Positions 49,997 through 59,676 of a stretch of 64,000 bases of DNA are shown here, piece after piece; position 1 is the stretch's first letter; every line of letters begins with the position of its first letter. The position numbers and the translations under genes are program-made. The stretch is from an uncultured Bacteroidaceae bacterium (GTDB lineage: Bacteria; Bacteroidota; Bacteroidia; Bacteroidales; JAADGE01): NCBI GenBank assembly GCA_964472505.1, contig CAYYQW010000002.1:43750-107749 (forward strand), read 5' to 3'. The notes beneath the pieces were generated by a model that worked only from the letters and a program-made list of their open reading frames with translations, ran no database searches and was not told the DNA's origin.

Positions 49997-50728
49997 CTAA
50001 TTATCTATGTTCTCTTTTTCCTTTTTTTGTCGAGCTTCTGTCTTTTTCAACTCATCATCCAATTCATTCAATTCTTTACTTTTGCGTTGATATTCCTGCT
50101 CGTTAATTTCATTCTTTCTGCGTTTTTCTTCAAGCTTACTGCGCGCTTGTTCCACTTTTTGGCGTGCCGAGCTTAATTTTTCTTCTGATTTTTTCATCTT
50201 TTCCTTGGCTTTTCGGCGAGCTTCTTCTGCTCTTTTCTTCCCGTAGTCGCTCTTATCTAATTCGTCATTATCTTTTCCGTCGGTTTTGCCTTTGTCTTTT
50301 TTGTCAGTTTTATCTTTTTTATCGGCTTTGTCTTTTTTATGCTCTTCGTCTTTCTTTTGTTTTTCCTTATCTTGTTTTTCTTTATCTTGTTTGTCTCGTT
50401 TCTCTTTGTCTTGCTTGTCTCGCTTTTCTTTATCTTCTTTATCCCTCTTCTCTTTGTCTTTTTTATCTTGTTTTTCTTTATCTTCTTTATCTTGCTTCTC
50501 TTTTTCGTCTTTATCCGGTTTTAATTTATCATTATCCGGTTTGGGCTTAAGGTCATCCTTTTGCTTGTCTTTGTCGGTAGCATCATTATGCTTTCCTTTT
50601 TTTTCTTTATCATTGGTCTTTCCTTCTTTTTGTTCGGTTTTACCTTTATCGTTAGTTTTTTGGGCATACACCGTATCGGCAAATCCAATAAAAGCAAGAA
50701 CCAATAAAATGCTTATAAGTTTTTTCAT
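49997..50728 (-). CDS. Secreted K/D/E-rich low-complexity repeat protein
   Basis: The protein has a signal peptide (MKKLISILLVLAFIGFADTVYAQ). Tandem octapeptide units follow (DKEKQDKE, DKEKQDKK, DKEKRDKE, DKEKRDKQ x2 ...), encoded at about 50350-50525. The C-terminus is a charged coiled coil. Confidence 0.6.
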   Translation of the reverse strand: MKKLISILLVLAFIGFADTVYAQKTNDKGKTEQKEGKTNDKEKKGKHNDATDKDKQKDDLKPKPDNDKLKPDKDEKEKQDKEDKEKQDKKDKEKRDKEDKEKRDKQDKEKRDKQDKEKQDKEKQKKDEEHKKDKADKKDKTDKKDKGKTDGKDNDELDKSDYGKKRAEEARRKAKEKMKKSEEKLSSARQKVEQARSKLEEKRRKNEINEQEYQRKSKELNELDDELKKTEARQKKEKENIDN

Positions 50729-50769
50729 GACTGAATGTTTTTAAATGAATAATTGTAATCCTAAGGCTT

Positions 50770-50970
50770 TTAGATACTGTTTAATAAGCTGTCTGCCTTT
50801 TTTTCCAACTCTTCCGATTTTTTCTCAATTTCTTCAGCGTTTTCAAGTGCCTTTTCTGCTTGCTCCACTTGAACACTGTCAGCTGCGTTTTCGTCTTTTT
50901 GGTCTTTAGCATCGGGATTACAGCCTAAGATAAATACTGCCAAAACCGCAGCGGTTAATAATTTTTTCAT
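50770..50970 (-). CDS. Small acidic lipoprotein
   Basis: The protein is 66 aa with a lipobox (ILGC) and a helical E/K-rich remainder. Confidence 0.45.
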   Translation of the reverse strand: MKKLLTAAVLAVFILGCNPDAKDQKDENAADSVQVEQAEKALENAEEIEKKSEELEKKADSLLNSI

Positions 50971-51071
50971 GGTCTTATATTTAAAATTAAATAAAATATT
51001 CTTTCATACAATAACAAAAGTATAACTTTTTTGCTGAAAACAGATGCATCTGAGCGATCTGTTTGGATAAA

Positions 51072-51122
51072 AAACGCACCCTTTTCAAAATATTGCAGGA
51101 AATTTTGAAAAAAGGGTGCGTA
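51072..51122 (-). terminator. Long hairpin terminator downstream of the thiolase gene
   Basis: The hairpin is ACGCACCCTTTTCAAAAT...ATTTTGAAAAAAGGGTGCGT, an imperfect stem of about 18 bp. Confidence 0.55.
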
Positions 51123-51134
51123 TGATGTTACCGG

Positions 51135-52313
51135 TTAAGACAAATTCTCGATTACCAAGGCAGAAGCTCCTCCGCCTCCGTTGCACAAAGCAGCCACACC
51201 GTAGCGAGCTTTATTTTGTTTCAATACATTCAGCAATGTAACACTGATTCTTGCACCGGAAGCTCCCAAAGGATGCCCCAGCGAAATACCGCCGCCGTTC
51301 ACATTCACGCGGCTTTCGTCTAAGCCCAAATCTTTGACGGCTGCCAAAGCCACTGCGGCAAAAGCTTCATTTATCTCATAATATTCTATTTGCTCTTGCT
51401 TTAAGCCGGCTTTTTTCAGTGCATTTTTCACGGCTCCGGCGGGTGAAGTTGTAAACCATTCGGGTGCCTGTGCATAATCGCCGTAGCCAATAATTTTAGC
51501 GAGCGGTTTTACACCCAATTCTTTAAGTTTTTCGGCACTTACCAATATTATCGCCGAAGCTCCGTCGTTGATTGTGGAAGCGTTAGCTGCTGTTACGGTT
51601 CCGTCTTTTTGAAATACGGGTCGCAATGAGGACACTTTTTCATAGCGCACATTTTTATACTCTTCATCGGTATCTACTACTATATTGCCTTTTCGGGTGC
51701 TAATCTCCACCGGTACAATTTCATCTTTAAAACGTCCTTCGGCTATAGCTTTTTCAGAACGCTTATAGGACTGTACCGCATAACGGTCTTGTTCTTCTCT
51801 GCTAAAATTTTTCTCCTTAGCGCATAACTCGGCTGCATTACCCATGTGGTAATCATTATAAACATCCCAAAGTCCGTCTTTTATCATTCCGTCCTGCAAT
51901 TTACCGTCGCCCAATTTTTGGCCGGAACGCATTCCGGGCACATAATGCGGAACTTGAGACATATTTTCCATGCCGCCGGCTACCACCACATCGTTATCGC
52001 CCAGCATAATGCTTTGTGCAGCAAACATAACGGACTTCATTCCTGAAGAGCAAACCTTATTTACCGTGGTGCAAGGCACATTATTCGGAATGCCGGCAAA
52101 CAAAGCTGCCTGCCGTGCCGGCGCTTGGCCCAGTCCGGCCGAAAGCACATTGCCCATGAATACCTCATTGGTTATTTCGGGTTTTAAATCTACTTTTTCA
52201 AAAGCGCCTTTTATAGCTGCCGCTCCCAATTTTGTTGCAGAAACGCCGGATAAGGCGCCCATAAAACTACCTAAAGGCGTACGCACCGCCGATACTATAT
52301 ATACTTCTTTCAT
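51135..52313 (-). CDS. Acetyl-CoA C-acetyltransferase (thiolase II)
   Basis: The catalytic Cys context is NKVCSSGMKS. The C-terminal motifs are GHPLGASG and CNGGGGASA. Confidence 0.95.
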   Translation of the reverse strand: MKEVYIVSAVRTPLGSFMGALSGVSATKLGAAAIKGAFEKVDLKPEITNEVFMGNVLSAGLGQAPARQAALFAGIPNNVPCTTVNKVCSSGMKSVMFAAQSIMLGDNDVVVAGGMENMSQVPHYVPGMRSGQKLGDGKLQDGMIKDGLWDVYNDYHMGNAAELCAKEKNFSREEQDRYAVQSYKRSEKAIAEGRFKDEIVPVEISTRKGNIVVDTDEEYKNVRYEKVSSLRPVFQKDGTVTAANASTINDGASAIILVSAEKLKELGVKPLAKIIGYGDYAQAPEWFTTSPAGAVKNALKKAGLKQEQIEYYEINEAFAAVALAAVKDLGLDESRVNVNGGGISLGHPLGASGARISVTLLNVLKQNKARYGVAALCNGGGGASALVIENLS

Positions 52314-52703
52314 TGCAATTTATTTTTTATGATTACAAAAAATGATACCATACAAATATATAAATATTTTGCTTTCTTACAATAAAAGACCAAAATTTTG
52401 CTGTACCAAGCTGATACACAGTAAATAAATAGTGTTTGACAGAAAACTGCAAATTCAATTCACTGCGCAGGTCAGATGTTTTCACCCGGCGCAAAACAGT
52501 CAACATTAAAACACCGTGTAGTAAAAACGCACACCGACGCAGGGTTTTGCTGTGCCAGGCTGAAACACAGGAGCTAAATATTTGTTATCCTCAAACACTT
52601 TCTTAGTCTTAATCCTACCGTTGTAAGACAAAAACAGCCGAAAGTCGAAATAGATATTCAGAGGTCTTTTTTATTATTATATTTGTATTGAAAAATACCA
52701 TGC

Positions 52704-53960
52704 ATGAGTTTTGCTAATTACTATTTCAATCGTTTTAATTCCGATAAACCGCTAATAAAAGAAAATCCACCCAAAGATTTAGCGCTTATTTGCGTAATTC
52801 CGGTATATAATGAAAGCGCTTTAAGCGGCACGCTGCAATCAATTATTGAAACTAATCAGCCGAGACAATCGGCCGAAATTATTGCAGTAGTAAACCAAGC
52901 TGAAAATGCTCCCGAAACTGTAAGCCGACAAAACGAAGAAACTTACCGCGAAGCGCTTGAATATAAAGAAAAGTTCAACGGAAAACTGCAATTGCATGTT
53001 TTATTCTACAGAGATTTTCCAAAAAAACATGCCGGTGTGGGCTTGGCACGCAAAAAAGGCATGGATGAGGCTCTGCATCGCTTTAATGCTTTGAACAAGC
53101 CGGAAGGTATCATTTGCTGCACCGATGCCGACTGTACCCTTGAAAATAATTTCTTTAACGCTTTGGAAAGCCATTTTGCAAACCATCCAAATACGCAAGG
53201 TGTATCCGTGCATTTTGAGCACCGCCTGAATGATAAAGAGCTGAGTTCGGAAGATCGCAAACGCATCATCTCTTATGAGTTGCATCTGCGGTATTATAAT
53301 CAGGCTTTACGCTATATCAAGTTCCCTTTTGCATTTCAGACCATCGGTTCAAGCTTTGCCGTTCGTGCCGAAAGCTATGCCCGACAAGGCGGAATGAATA
53401 AGAAAAAAGCCGGTGAAGACTTCTATTTTTTACAAAAAATTATAGAATCCGGCGGATTTTATGATTTAACAAATACCGGCGTGTATCCTTCGGCCAGAAG
53501 CAGCGACCGTGTTCCTTTCGGTACCGGAGCAGCCGTAAAAAAGATGCAGGAAGATAACAGTTGCGCTTACTCCACCTATGCTTTAGAATCGTTCTTTGAG
53601 ATTCAAAAATTTTTAGACAGACGCCTTGAGCTTTATAAAGGAGAATTGATAATCACAAATTTTGGAGAATGTACCGCTGCATTTTTGGAACAAGAAAAGT
53701 TCGCAAAAGATTTAGAACAAATTAAGCGAATAAGTAAAACACCTAAAATGTTTGAAAAGCACTTTTATTCGAAGTTCAATGCTTTTAAAATGGTAAAATA
53801 TTTAAACTTTGCCCAAAGATATTTTTATCCGGCACAAAACACATACTCAGCCGCCCAAAGATTATTTGCGCACTTGCAACCCGATGAAGATATTAATACC
53901 GAAGAAAAATTATTAGCAGCTTACAGAAAGTATGCGAAAAACAACCCGCAAAAAAGATAA
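52704..53960 (+). CDS. Family 2 glycosyltransferase
   Basis: The N-terminal GT-A motif is VIPVYNES, the DxD-like motif is CTDADC, and the motif GEDFYF is present. Confidence 0.75.
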   Translation: MSFANYYFNRFNSDKPLIKENPPKDLALICVIPVYNESALSGTLQSIIETNQPRQSAEIIAVVNQAENAPETVSRQNEETYREALEYKEKFNGKLQLHVLFYRDFPKKHAGVGLARKKGMDEALHRFNALNKPEGIICCTDADCTLENNFFNALESHFANHPNTQGVSVHFEHRLNDKELSSEDRKRIISYELHLRYYNQALRYIKFPFAFQTIGSSFAVRAESYARQGGMNKKKAGEDFYFLQKIIESGGFYDLTNTGVYPSARSSDRVPFGTGAAVKKMQEDNSCAYSTYALESFFEIQKFLDRRLELYKGELIITNFGECTAAFLEQEKFAKDLEQIKRISKTPKMFEKHFYSKFNAFKMVKYLNFAQRYFYPAQNTYSAAQRLFAHLQPDEDINTEEKLLAAYRKYAKNNPQKR

Positions 53961-53974
53961 GATAAGAAAACAAA

Positions 53975-54013
53975 TTATTGGCAATTAATCATTATATTTG
54001 CCATAAATTTGAC
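53975..54013 (+). promoter_or_regulatory. Promoter/operator-like motif 1 (TTGGCAAT-N12-TTGCC-A-TAAATTTG) upstream of the AbiEi-like gene
   Basis: The motif contains a TAAATTTG -7 box (54004-54011). It also contains an inverted repeat, TTGGCAA...TTGCCA. A near-identical motif recurs at 54751-54791. Confidence 0.5.
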
Positions 54014-54046
54014 ACAAGCCCAAAAACAAACAAAATCAAAACTAAA

Positions 54047-54754
54047 TTGCAAATAGCAGATTTAAAAGAACATTTCAGAAATAAAAACTATTTTTATACA
54101 TCTGATATTGTTGAATTTTACCGTAAATTAACACCCAATATTCCCAAAACAACCGTTAATTGGCGAGTATATGAACTAATAAATAAAGGTGTTCTTGAGC
54201 GAATGGGACGCGGCAAATTCAAGTTTGGCGAAACCTTACTTTTTAAGCCTAAAAATACATCGAAAATTATAAAAGTTAATAATCTGATAAAAAAGCAACT
54301 TCCTTTTATAAATTATTGTATATGGACTTCAAATATTATCAATGAGTTTAGTTTGCATATAAACAAGATAAATTATACCATAATTGACACCGAAAGAGAG
54401 GCCTCTAAATCAGTATTATTTTTACTTAAAGATTATTACAAGCATGTTTTCTATAAAGCATCCAAAGAAATGTTTGTTGATTATTTCCCTGATTTAAAGA
54501 ATATTATCATTATCCGGGATTTAGTTACAGAAGCGCCTGTTCAATCAGTCAATAAGATACCGACTGTTACAATTGAAAAATTACTTGTTGATTTATATTG
54601 CGATAGTGAATTTGAATACCTTCAAGGGAATGAATTATCATATATTTATAAGAATGCCTTTGATAAATATACTGTTAATGAAAGCAAATTGTTAAGATAT
54701 GCAAGCCGAAAAGGGAAAAAAGTCGAAATATTAAAATTTATAAACAATCAATAA
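54047..54754 (+). CDS. AbiEi-like putative antitoxin (winged-HTH N-terminus)
   Basis: The gene sits immediately upstream of an AbiEii-type gene. The wHTH-like segment reads TVNWRVYELINKGVLERMGRGKFKF. The start is uncertain: there is no in-frame ATG near the 5' end, and the TTG at 54047 is the first plausible start after the promoter motif. Confidence 0.55.
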   Translation: MQIADLKEHFRNKNYFYTSDIVEFYRKLTPNIPKTTVNWRVYELINKGVLERMGRGKFKFGETLLFKPKNTSKIIKVNNLIKKQLPFINYCIWTSNIINEFSLHINKINYTIIDTEREASKSVLFLLKDYYKHVFYKASKEMFVDYFPDLKNIIIIRDLVTEAPVQSVNKIPTVTIEKLLVDLYCDSEFEYLQGNELSYIYKNAFDKYTVNESKLLRYASRKGKKVEILKFINNQ

Positions 54755-54791
54755 TTTGGCAATACATAAATATAGTTGCCGTAAATTTGTT
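54751..54791 (+). promoter_or_regulatory. Promoter/operator-like motif 2 (TTGGCAAT-N12-TTGCC-G-TAAATTTG) overlapping the antitoxin stop
   Basis: The architecture and spacing match motif 1. The -7 box at 54782-54789 ends 5 nt before the toxin ATG at 54795. Confidence 0.5.
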
Positions 54792-54794
54792 TTT

Positions 54795-55862
54795 ATGATT
54801 TCTGAAAAATGTTTAACAATAGAATGGATTGAGAATATAACTAAAAGGCATAAAGTTAGAGATAAAATATTAGTCGAAAAAGTAATACGTGCATTGTTTC
54901 TTCTTGAAGGACTTGCAGAAGAAGAACTTGATTTCGTTTTTAAAGGCGGAACAGCATTAATGCTTTTGACAGGCAGCACAAAACGATTATCAATAGATAT
55001 TGATATTATTATCCAAAGAAACACCGAATTAAATAATATTCTGTCCAATATTGTATCGCAGAAATACTTTACGGGATTTAAAATACAAAACAGAAAAATA
55101 AGCTCGAATATACAAAAATCACATTTTAAGCTGTATTACAAGCCTGTATTTAGGACAAATAAAACAGAAGAATTTATTTTATTAGATGTTTTATTTGAAA
55201 AGTCTCAATATTTGAATACAACCACAATTCCTGTTCACTCATTATTTGTGAAACAACTTGATGAGCCGGTATATGCAAAAGTCCCTGATTTTAACAATAT
55301 TTTGGGTGATAAACTCACAGCATTTGCACCGGAAACAACTGGAATTCCTTATGAAAAGAACGGTAAAGTTATGGGAAAAGAAATTATAAAGCAACTGTAT
55401 GATATAGGAACAATATTCAAACTAATAGATAATTTGTCCGCTGTAAAACAGACCTTTATCAAATTTGCTTTAACAGAGTTAAAATACAGAAACATTGAAA
55501 ATGATGTTAGTACGGTTTTAACGGATATTTATGAAACATCATTAAGCATAGCAACAAAAGGAAAAGCGGGGAAAGCAAGATTTGATATTTTAAAAACAGG
55601 CTTAAGGCAGATTACAGCATTTATATTTTCTGAAAATTACCATATCGAAAAAGCAATTATTGACGCTTCAAAAGCCGCATATCTGTCAAAGCTTATTCAA
55701 TTAGACAGCAATAAATTTATAAGGTTTGAAAACCCGATGCAAATAACAGATTGGATAATTGAGCAACCATTTTACACAAAATTAAACAAACTTAAAAAAA
55801 CGAATCCTGAAGCTTTCTTTTATTGGTATAAGATATATGAATTAGAAACAATTAACGGATAA
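54795..55862 (+). CDS. AbiEii/AbiGii-family nucleotidyltransferase toxin (type IV TA)
   Basis: The N-terminal NTase signature FKGGTALMLL...RLSIDIDII is characteristic of DUF1814/AbiEii. The start is set at the ATG at 54795. Confidence 0.8.
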   Translation: MISEKCLTIEWIENITKRHKVRDKILVEKVIRALFLLEGLAEEELDFVFKGGTALMLLTGSTKRLSIDIDIIIQRNTELNNILSNIVSQKYFTGFKIQNRKISSNIQKSHFKLYYKPVFRTNKTEEFILLDVLFEKSQYLNTTTIPVHSLFVKQLDEPVYAKVPDFNNILGDKLTAFAPETTGIPYEKNGKVMGKEIIKQLYDIGTIFKLIDNLSAVKQTFIKFALTELKYRNIENDVSTVLTDIYETSLSIATKGKAGKARFDILKTGLRQITAFIFSENYHIEKAIIDASKAAYLSKLIQLDSNKFIRFENPMQITDWIIEQPFYTKLNKLKKTNPEAFFYWYKIYELETING

Positions 55863-55869
55863 AATAATC

Positions 55870-56757
55870 ATGAAATACACAAAAATAGCTATCGTTCAAC
55901 TATTAATCATTCTGCTTTTGTCATTTACTGCAGAAGCTCAAAACAATCCGGCCGACAGCAGCCGCAATGCTTTACTTTGGAAAATAGAAAGGCCGGACAT
56001 GCCCGCTCCCTCCTACCTTTTCGGCACGGTGCATCTGATACCGGAAGCTGACTTCTTCTTTACCGACTCTATGGAAGCAGCATTTGATAAATCAAAACAG
56101 TTAATACTTGAAATTGACATAAATATTCCCATATTTAAGCAGCTGATGCTGGCAAAAGACATCTATCTGCCCAACAGGCAAAGGCTGGAAGATTATATGA
56201 CCAAAGAAGCTTACCGGCAATATCGGTCCGACTTGCTTGATTCGCTGCAAATAAGTGAAACAACCGTAAACATGACGGCACGAATTAAACCCATTTTCGC
56301 ATCGGGTTTAATTTTGAACGAGTTGTTGAAAAATCCGATTCAATACGAAAAGTTTTTAAATGATCGCGCATCCGAAAAGAAGTTTGCAGTTAAAGGCCTT
56401 GAAACCATTGATTATCAGATGGAAGTTGTAAACAGTATTTCCATAGAAGAACAAATACAAATGTTGGCAGAAGGCGGCAATGCAGCCGGCATGAAACGCG
56501 ATTACGATATTTTAATACAAACCTACAAAGCGCAGGACATAGAAGCTTTAGCTAAACTCATTGAAAGTGAAGAGTTCTCAGCTGATGCACAGCAACAACT
56601 CTTGAGCAACAGAAATAATAATTGGATACCAATTATAGAAAAAGAAGTTCTCAAAATGCCGTCTTTCATTGCCGTAGGCGCCGGACACTTGGCCGGAAAT
56701 ACCGGCATTATTGAACTTTTAACAAAGAAAGGTTTTACATTAACTCCCATAAAATAA
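55870..56757 (+). CDS. TraB/GumN family protein
   Basis: The protein has a signal peptide and the motifs GTVHLIPE and AVGAGHLAG. Confidence 0.8.
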   Translation: MKYTKIAIVQLLIILLLSFTAEAQNNPADSSRNALLWKIERPDMPAPSYLFGTVHLIPEADFFFTDSMEAAFDKSKQLILEIDINIPIFKQLMLAKDIYLPNRQRLEDYMTKEAYRQYRSDLLDSLQISETTVNMTARIKPIFASGLILNELLKNPIQYEKFLNDRASEKKFAVKGLETIDYQMEVVNSISIEEQIQMLAEGGNAAGMKRDYDILIQTYKAQDIEALAKLIESEEFSADAQQQLLSNRNNNWIPIIEKEVLKMPSFIAVGAGHLAGNTGIIELLTKKGFTLTPIK

Positions 56758-56769
56758 CATCACAGCAAC

Positions 56770-59190
56770 ATGCACATAAACAGAATATCTCTTTTTTGTT
56801 TCATACTCTTTTTTTTCGGAATATCCGGAGCTTATGCCCAAAAGAAAAGTCTTAGAGCAGAAAAGACAAAAACCGGAACCATTCGTATTGACGGGATACC
56901 GGATGAAGAAATTTGGCTTAAAGCCGAAACGGCCGGCGACTTTACGGAATGGGATCCCTCACCCGGGCAAAAACCGGAAGACAAAACTATTGCCAAAATT
57001 GCCTACGACGAAAGAGCCATTTATCTGTTGGGTATAATGTACACAAGTGAACACAGCAAGCTGTCAACCGAACTAACCGAGCGCGATGACGCCGGCACCA
57101 CCGATAATTTTGGCCTGGTTTTCGACCCTTTCGGAGATGATAATTTGAGCTACTGCTTTGGAATTACGGCTGCCGGCGTACAATTCGATTTTAAACTCCG
57201 GGAAAACGGTGATGATTTCAGTTGGAATGCCGTATGGAAAAGCAAAGTAAACATAACCGACAGCGCTTGGATTGCAGAAATTGAAATTCCCTATTCCGCC
57301 CTTCGTTTTCCGAAAGATGCTTTAAGTAAACGAAAAATAAATATTATACGATTCTTTAGCCAAGGCAGAAGACAAGTGAGTTGGCAACCCGTGAACCCTA
57401 CGCAAAACAACTTTAACCTGAGCAACGGCTATCTTGAAAATTTTGAAATTCAAGATGCGCCCATCCGTTTATCGCTTTCGCCTTATGTCTCGGCTTATGC
57501 CGAAAAACAAGCCGGGCTTCAAAACAGCAGCTATTACCTGAAAGGCGGCGCCGATTTAAAATACGGCATCAATGAAAGTTTTACTTTAGATATGATGCTC
57601 ATACCGGATTTCGGGCAAGTGCGTTCCGATGACCAAAGCTTAAATTTATCGCCTTATGAAATATACTACAGCGAGAAACGCTCGTTTTTCTTGGAAGGAA
57701 CGGAGCTTTTTGATAAAGCCGGAATTTTTTATTCCGGAAGAATAGGCGGAACTCCGAGAAACTATTATTTAGCTCATGAAGAAACCGAAAATAATGAAAT
57801 TATAACCAATAACCCTTCTGACGTGCAGCTTTTAAACGCCACCAAACTCTCCGGAAAAACAAGAACAGGAACATCGGTAGGTCTTCTCAATGCGCTTAGC
57901 CTGAAATCGCAAGCCCTTATAGAAGATACCATTACAAATAATGAGCGCAGATTGACTACCCAAAATTTTACCAATTATAATGTAACAGCAGTTCAGCAAA
58001 ACTTAAAAAATAATTCATACATAAGCCTTATTAATACCAATATGCTTATTCCGAATTCTGATTTTTCGGCCAATGTAAGCGGAGCAGATTTTAAGCTTGC
58101 CGAAAAAACTAAAACATACGCTCTTTTCGGAAACGCAGCATACAGCCGAAATAAATATTCAAGCGACTCCATAAACGACGGATATTTTTACGAACTCAGC
58201 TTCAGAAAAATAAAAGGAAACTTCAAATTTGAAGCTCAAAGAGAGCTCAAGAATGATAGCTATAACCCAAATTATATGGGCTATCTGCAGAGAAATAACA
58301 TTATTGAAAACGAAGGAAGCCTTAGCTATACCTTTTACAATCCTACGGAAAAATGGCTAAGAATAAACGCCTCTGTATTTTTGGGGCACGAAGTAAATTA
58401 TTTGCCGAAGCATCTGCAGTCGCTATATACCGGCTTTAATATTTACACACTTACGCATCAGCACCTGAGTATATGGCTCAGAGGTGCTATGGAGCTGACA
58501 GACTCATACAGTTTTGATGAAACGCGGACAAGCGATAAATACTTACGCAGAAAACCGGCACGCAATATATCAGCCGGGTTTTCTACCAACTATTCCAAAG
58601 CTTTTGCTTTTGATATCAACACCGGTTTTTGGTACAATTCCGACGGGAAGCAAAACGGTTATCATATACAAGCCTCACCGCGTTTTAAACCTACGGATTA
58701 TTTGATGATTGTAGCAAGAAGCAATTTTAACTCCGGTAAGAGCTACGGTTATGTTTACACCGATGTGTCGAATATAGTTTTCGGTATGCGCTTGCGCGAT
58801 GATATTCAAAATACTTTAGACACTAAACTGATTTTCAATAATAAATCCTCCTTAAGCTTGAGGCTCAGCCATATACGCTCAACCGTAGAATATGACGGTG
58901 CTTTCACATTGGATAATGAAGGTTTTATGCAAGCTGCTGAATATGAATTAGGCCCCATAGAATACAACATGCTGAATGCTTATCTGATATATCAGTTGGA
59001 ATTTGCACCCGGCAGCTTTTTGTCCTTAGCTTGGCAAAACAATATCATAGCTTCCAAAGCAGCTATCTATGACAGTTATTTCAACGCATTATCCGAGAAC
59101 TTCAGAAACAACCCGAACAACAGCATATCATTAAAAGTATTGTTTTATATTGATTATTTTACTACAAAAAATAAACTGCGAAAGTTATAA
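56770..59190 (+). CDS. Large secreted/outer-membrane protein (CBM9-like N-terminus plus DUF5916-like beta-rich body, from memory)
   Basis: The protein is 806 aa, begins with a signal peptide and is rich in aromatics and beta-strand character throughout. Confidence 0.7.
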   Translation: MHINRISLFCFILFFFGISGAYAQKKSLRAEKTKTGTIRIDGIPDEEIWLKAETAGDFTEWDPSPGQKPEDKTIAKIAYDERAIYLLGIMYTSEHSKLSTELTERDDAGTTDNFGLVFDPFGDDNLSYCFGITAAGVQFDFKLRENGDDFSWNAVWKSKVNITDSAWIAEIEIPYSALRFPKDALSKRKINIIRFFSQGRRQVSWQPVNPTQNNFNLSNGYLENFEIQDAPIRLSLSPYVSAYAEKQAGLQNSSYYLKGGADLKYGINESFTLDMMLIPDFGQVRSDDQSLNLSPYEIYYSEKRSFFLEGTELFDKAGIFYSGRIGGTPRNYYLAHEETENNEIITNNPSDVQLLNATKLSGKTRTGTSVGLLNALSLKSQALIEDTITNNERRLTTQNFTNYNVTAVQQNLKNNSYISLINTNMLIPNSDFSANVSGADFKLAEKTKTYALFGNAAYSRNKYSSDSINDGYFYELSFRKIKGNFKFEAQRELKNDSYNPNYMGYLQRNNIIENEGSLSYTFYNPTEKWLRINASVFLGHEVNYLPKHLQSLYTGFNIYTLTHQHLSIWLRGAMELTDSYSFDETRTSDKYLRRKPARNISAGFSTNYSKAFAFDINTGFWYNSDGKQNGYHIQASPRFKPTDYLMIVARSNFNSGKSYGYVYTDVSNIVFGMRLRDDIQNTLDTKLIFNNKSSLSLRLSHIRSTVEYDGAFTLDNEGFMQAAEYELGPIEYNMLNAYLIYQLEFAPGSFLSLAWQNNIIASKAAIYDSYFNALSENFRNNPNNSISLKVLFYIDYFTTKNKLRKL

Positions 59191-59259
59191 ATAGAAACCG
59201 GGTGCATAAAGTTCCAAAACTTCCGCACCCGATTATAATTTTCGTATCAAAAAATCACT

Positions 59260-59676
59260 CTATCCTTTTACCACACCTTTGATATAAAGCGTCTGACGAC
59301 TTTCCTGAATATTCATGGTAAGTGTAACGGTCTTATTAAAGACACCGACATCATCAGCTTCAAAGACCACCGACACTTTGATGGTTTCTTTCGGAGCTAT
59401 CGGTCGTCGCGGATACTCAATATTTGTGCACCCGCATGAGGCTTGTGCATTGGTAATCAATATGGGTTTGCCGGATACATTCGTAAGTTCATACTCTACG
59501 GTAGTAGCCGAACCAAATTCTACTTCACCGAGGTCAACGGTAGTTTTATTCCAATTGATTTCTTTATCCGAATCCTGACTTAAAGTCCCGTTTCCGCCGC
59601 TCCATGTCTGAGCTGATAAAGGAAAGGCTCCTATGGCAAGAACTAAAAGAAAAAGAACTGTTGTATTGATTTTCAT
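59260..59676 (-). CDS. DUF1573 domain-containing protein
   Basis: The protein has a signal peptide and the diagnostic ASCGCT motif. The start was moved to the ATG at 59676. Confidence 0.8.
   Translation of the reverse strand: MKINTTVLFLLVLAIGAFPLSAQTWSGGNGTLSQDSDKEINWNKTTVDLGEVEFGSATTVEYELTNVSGKPILITNAQASCGCTNIEYPRRPIAPKETIKVSVVFEADDVGVFNKTVTLTMNIQESRQTLYIKGVVKG

Noticed and set aside
50164-50744. Three overlapping + strand ORFs (128, 152 and 61 aa) opposite the K/D/E-rich gene
   Set aside because: They are Leu/Ser/Phe-rich mirror translations of a purine-rich repeat. Only the minus-strand frame has a signal peptide and a sensible start and stop context.
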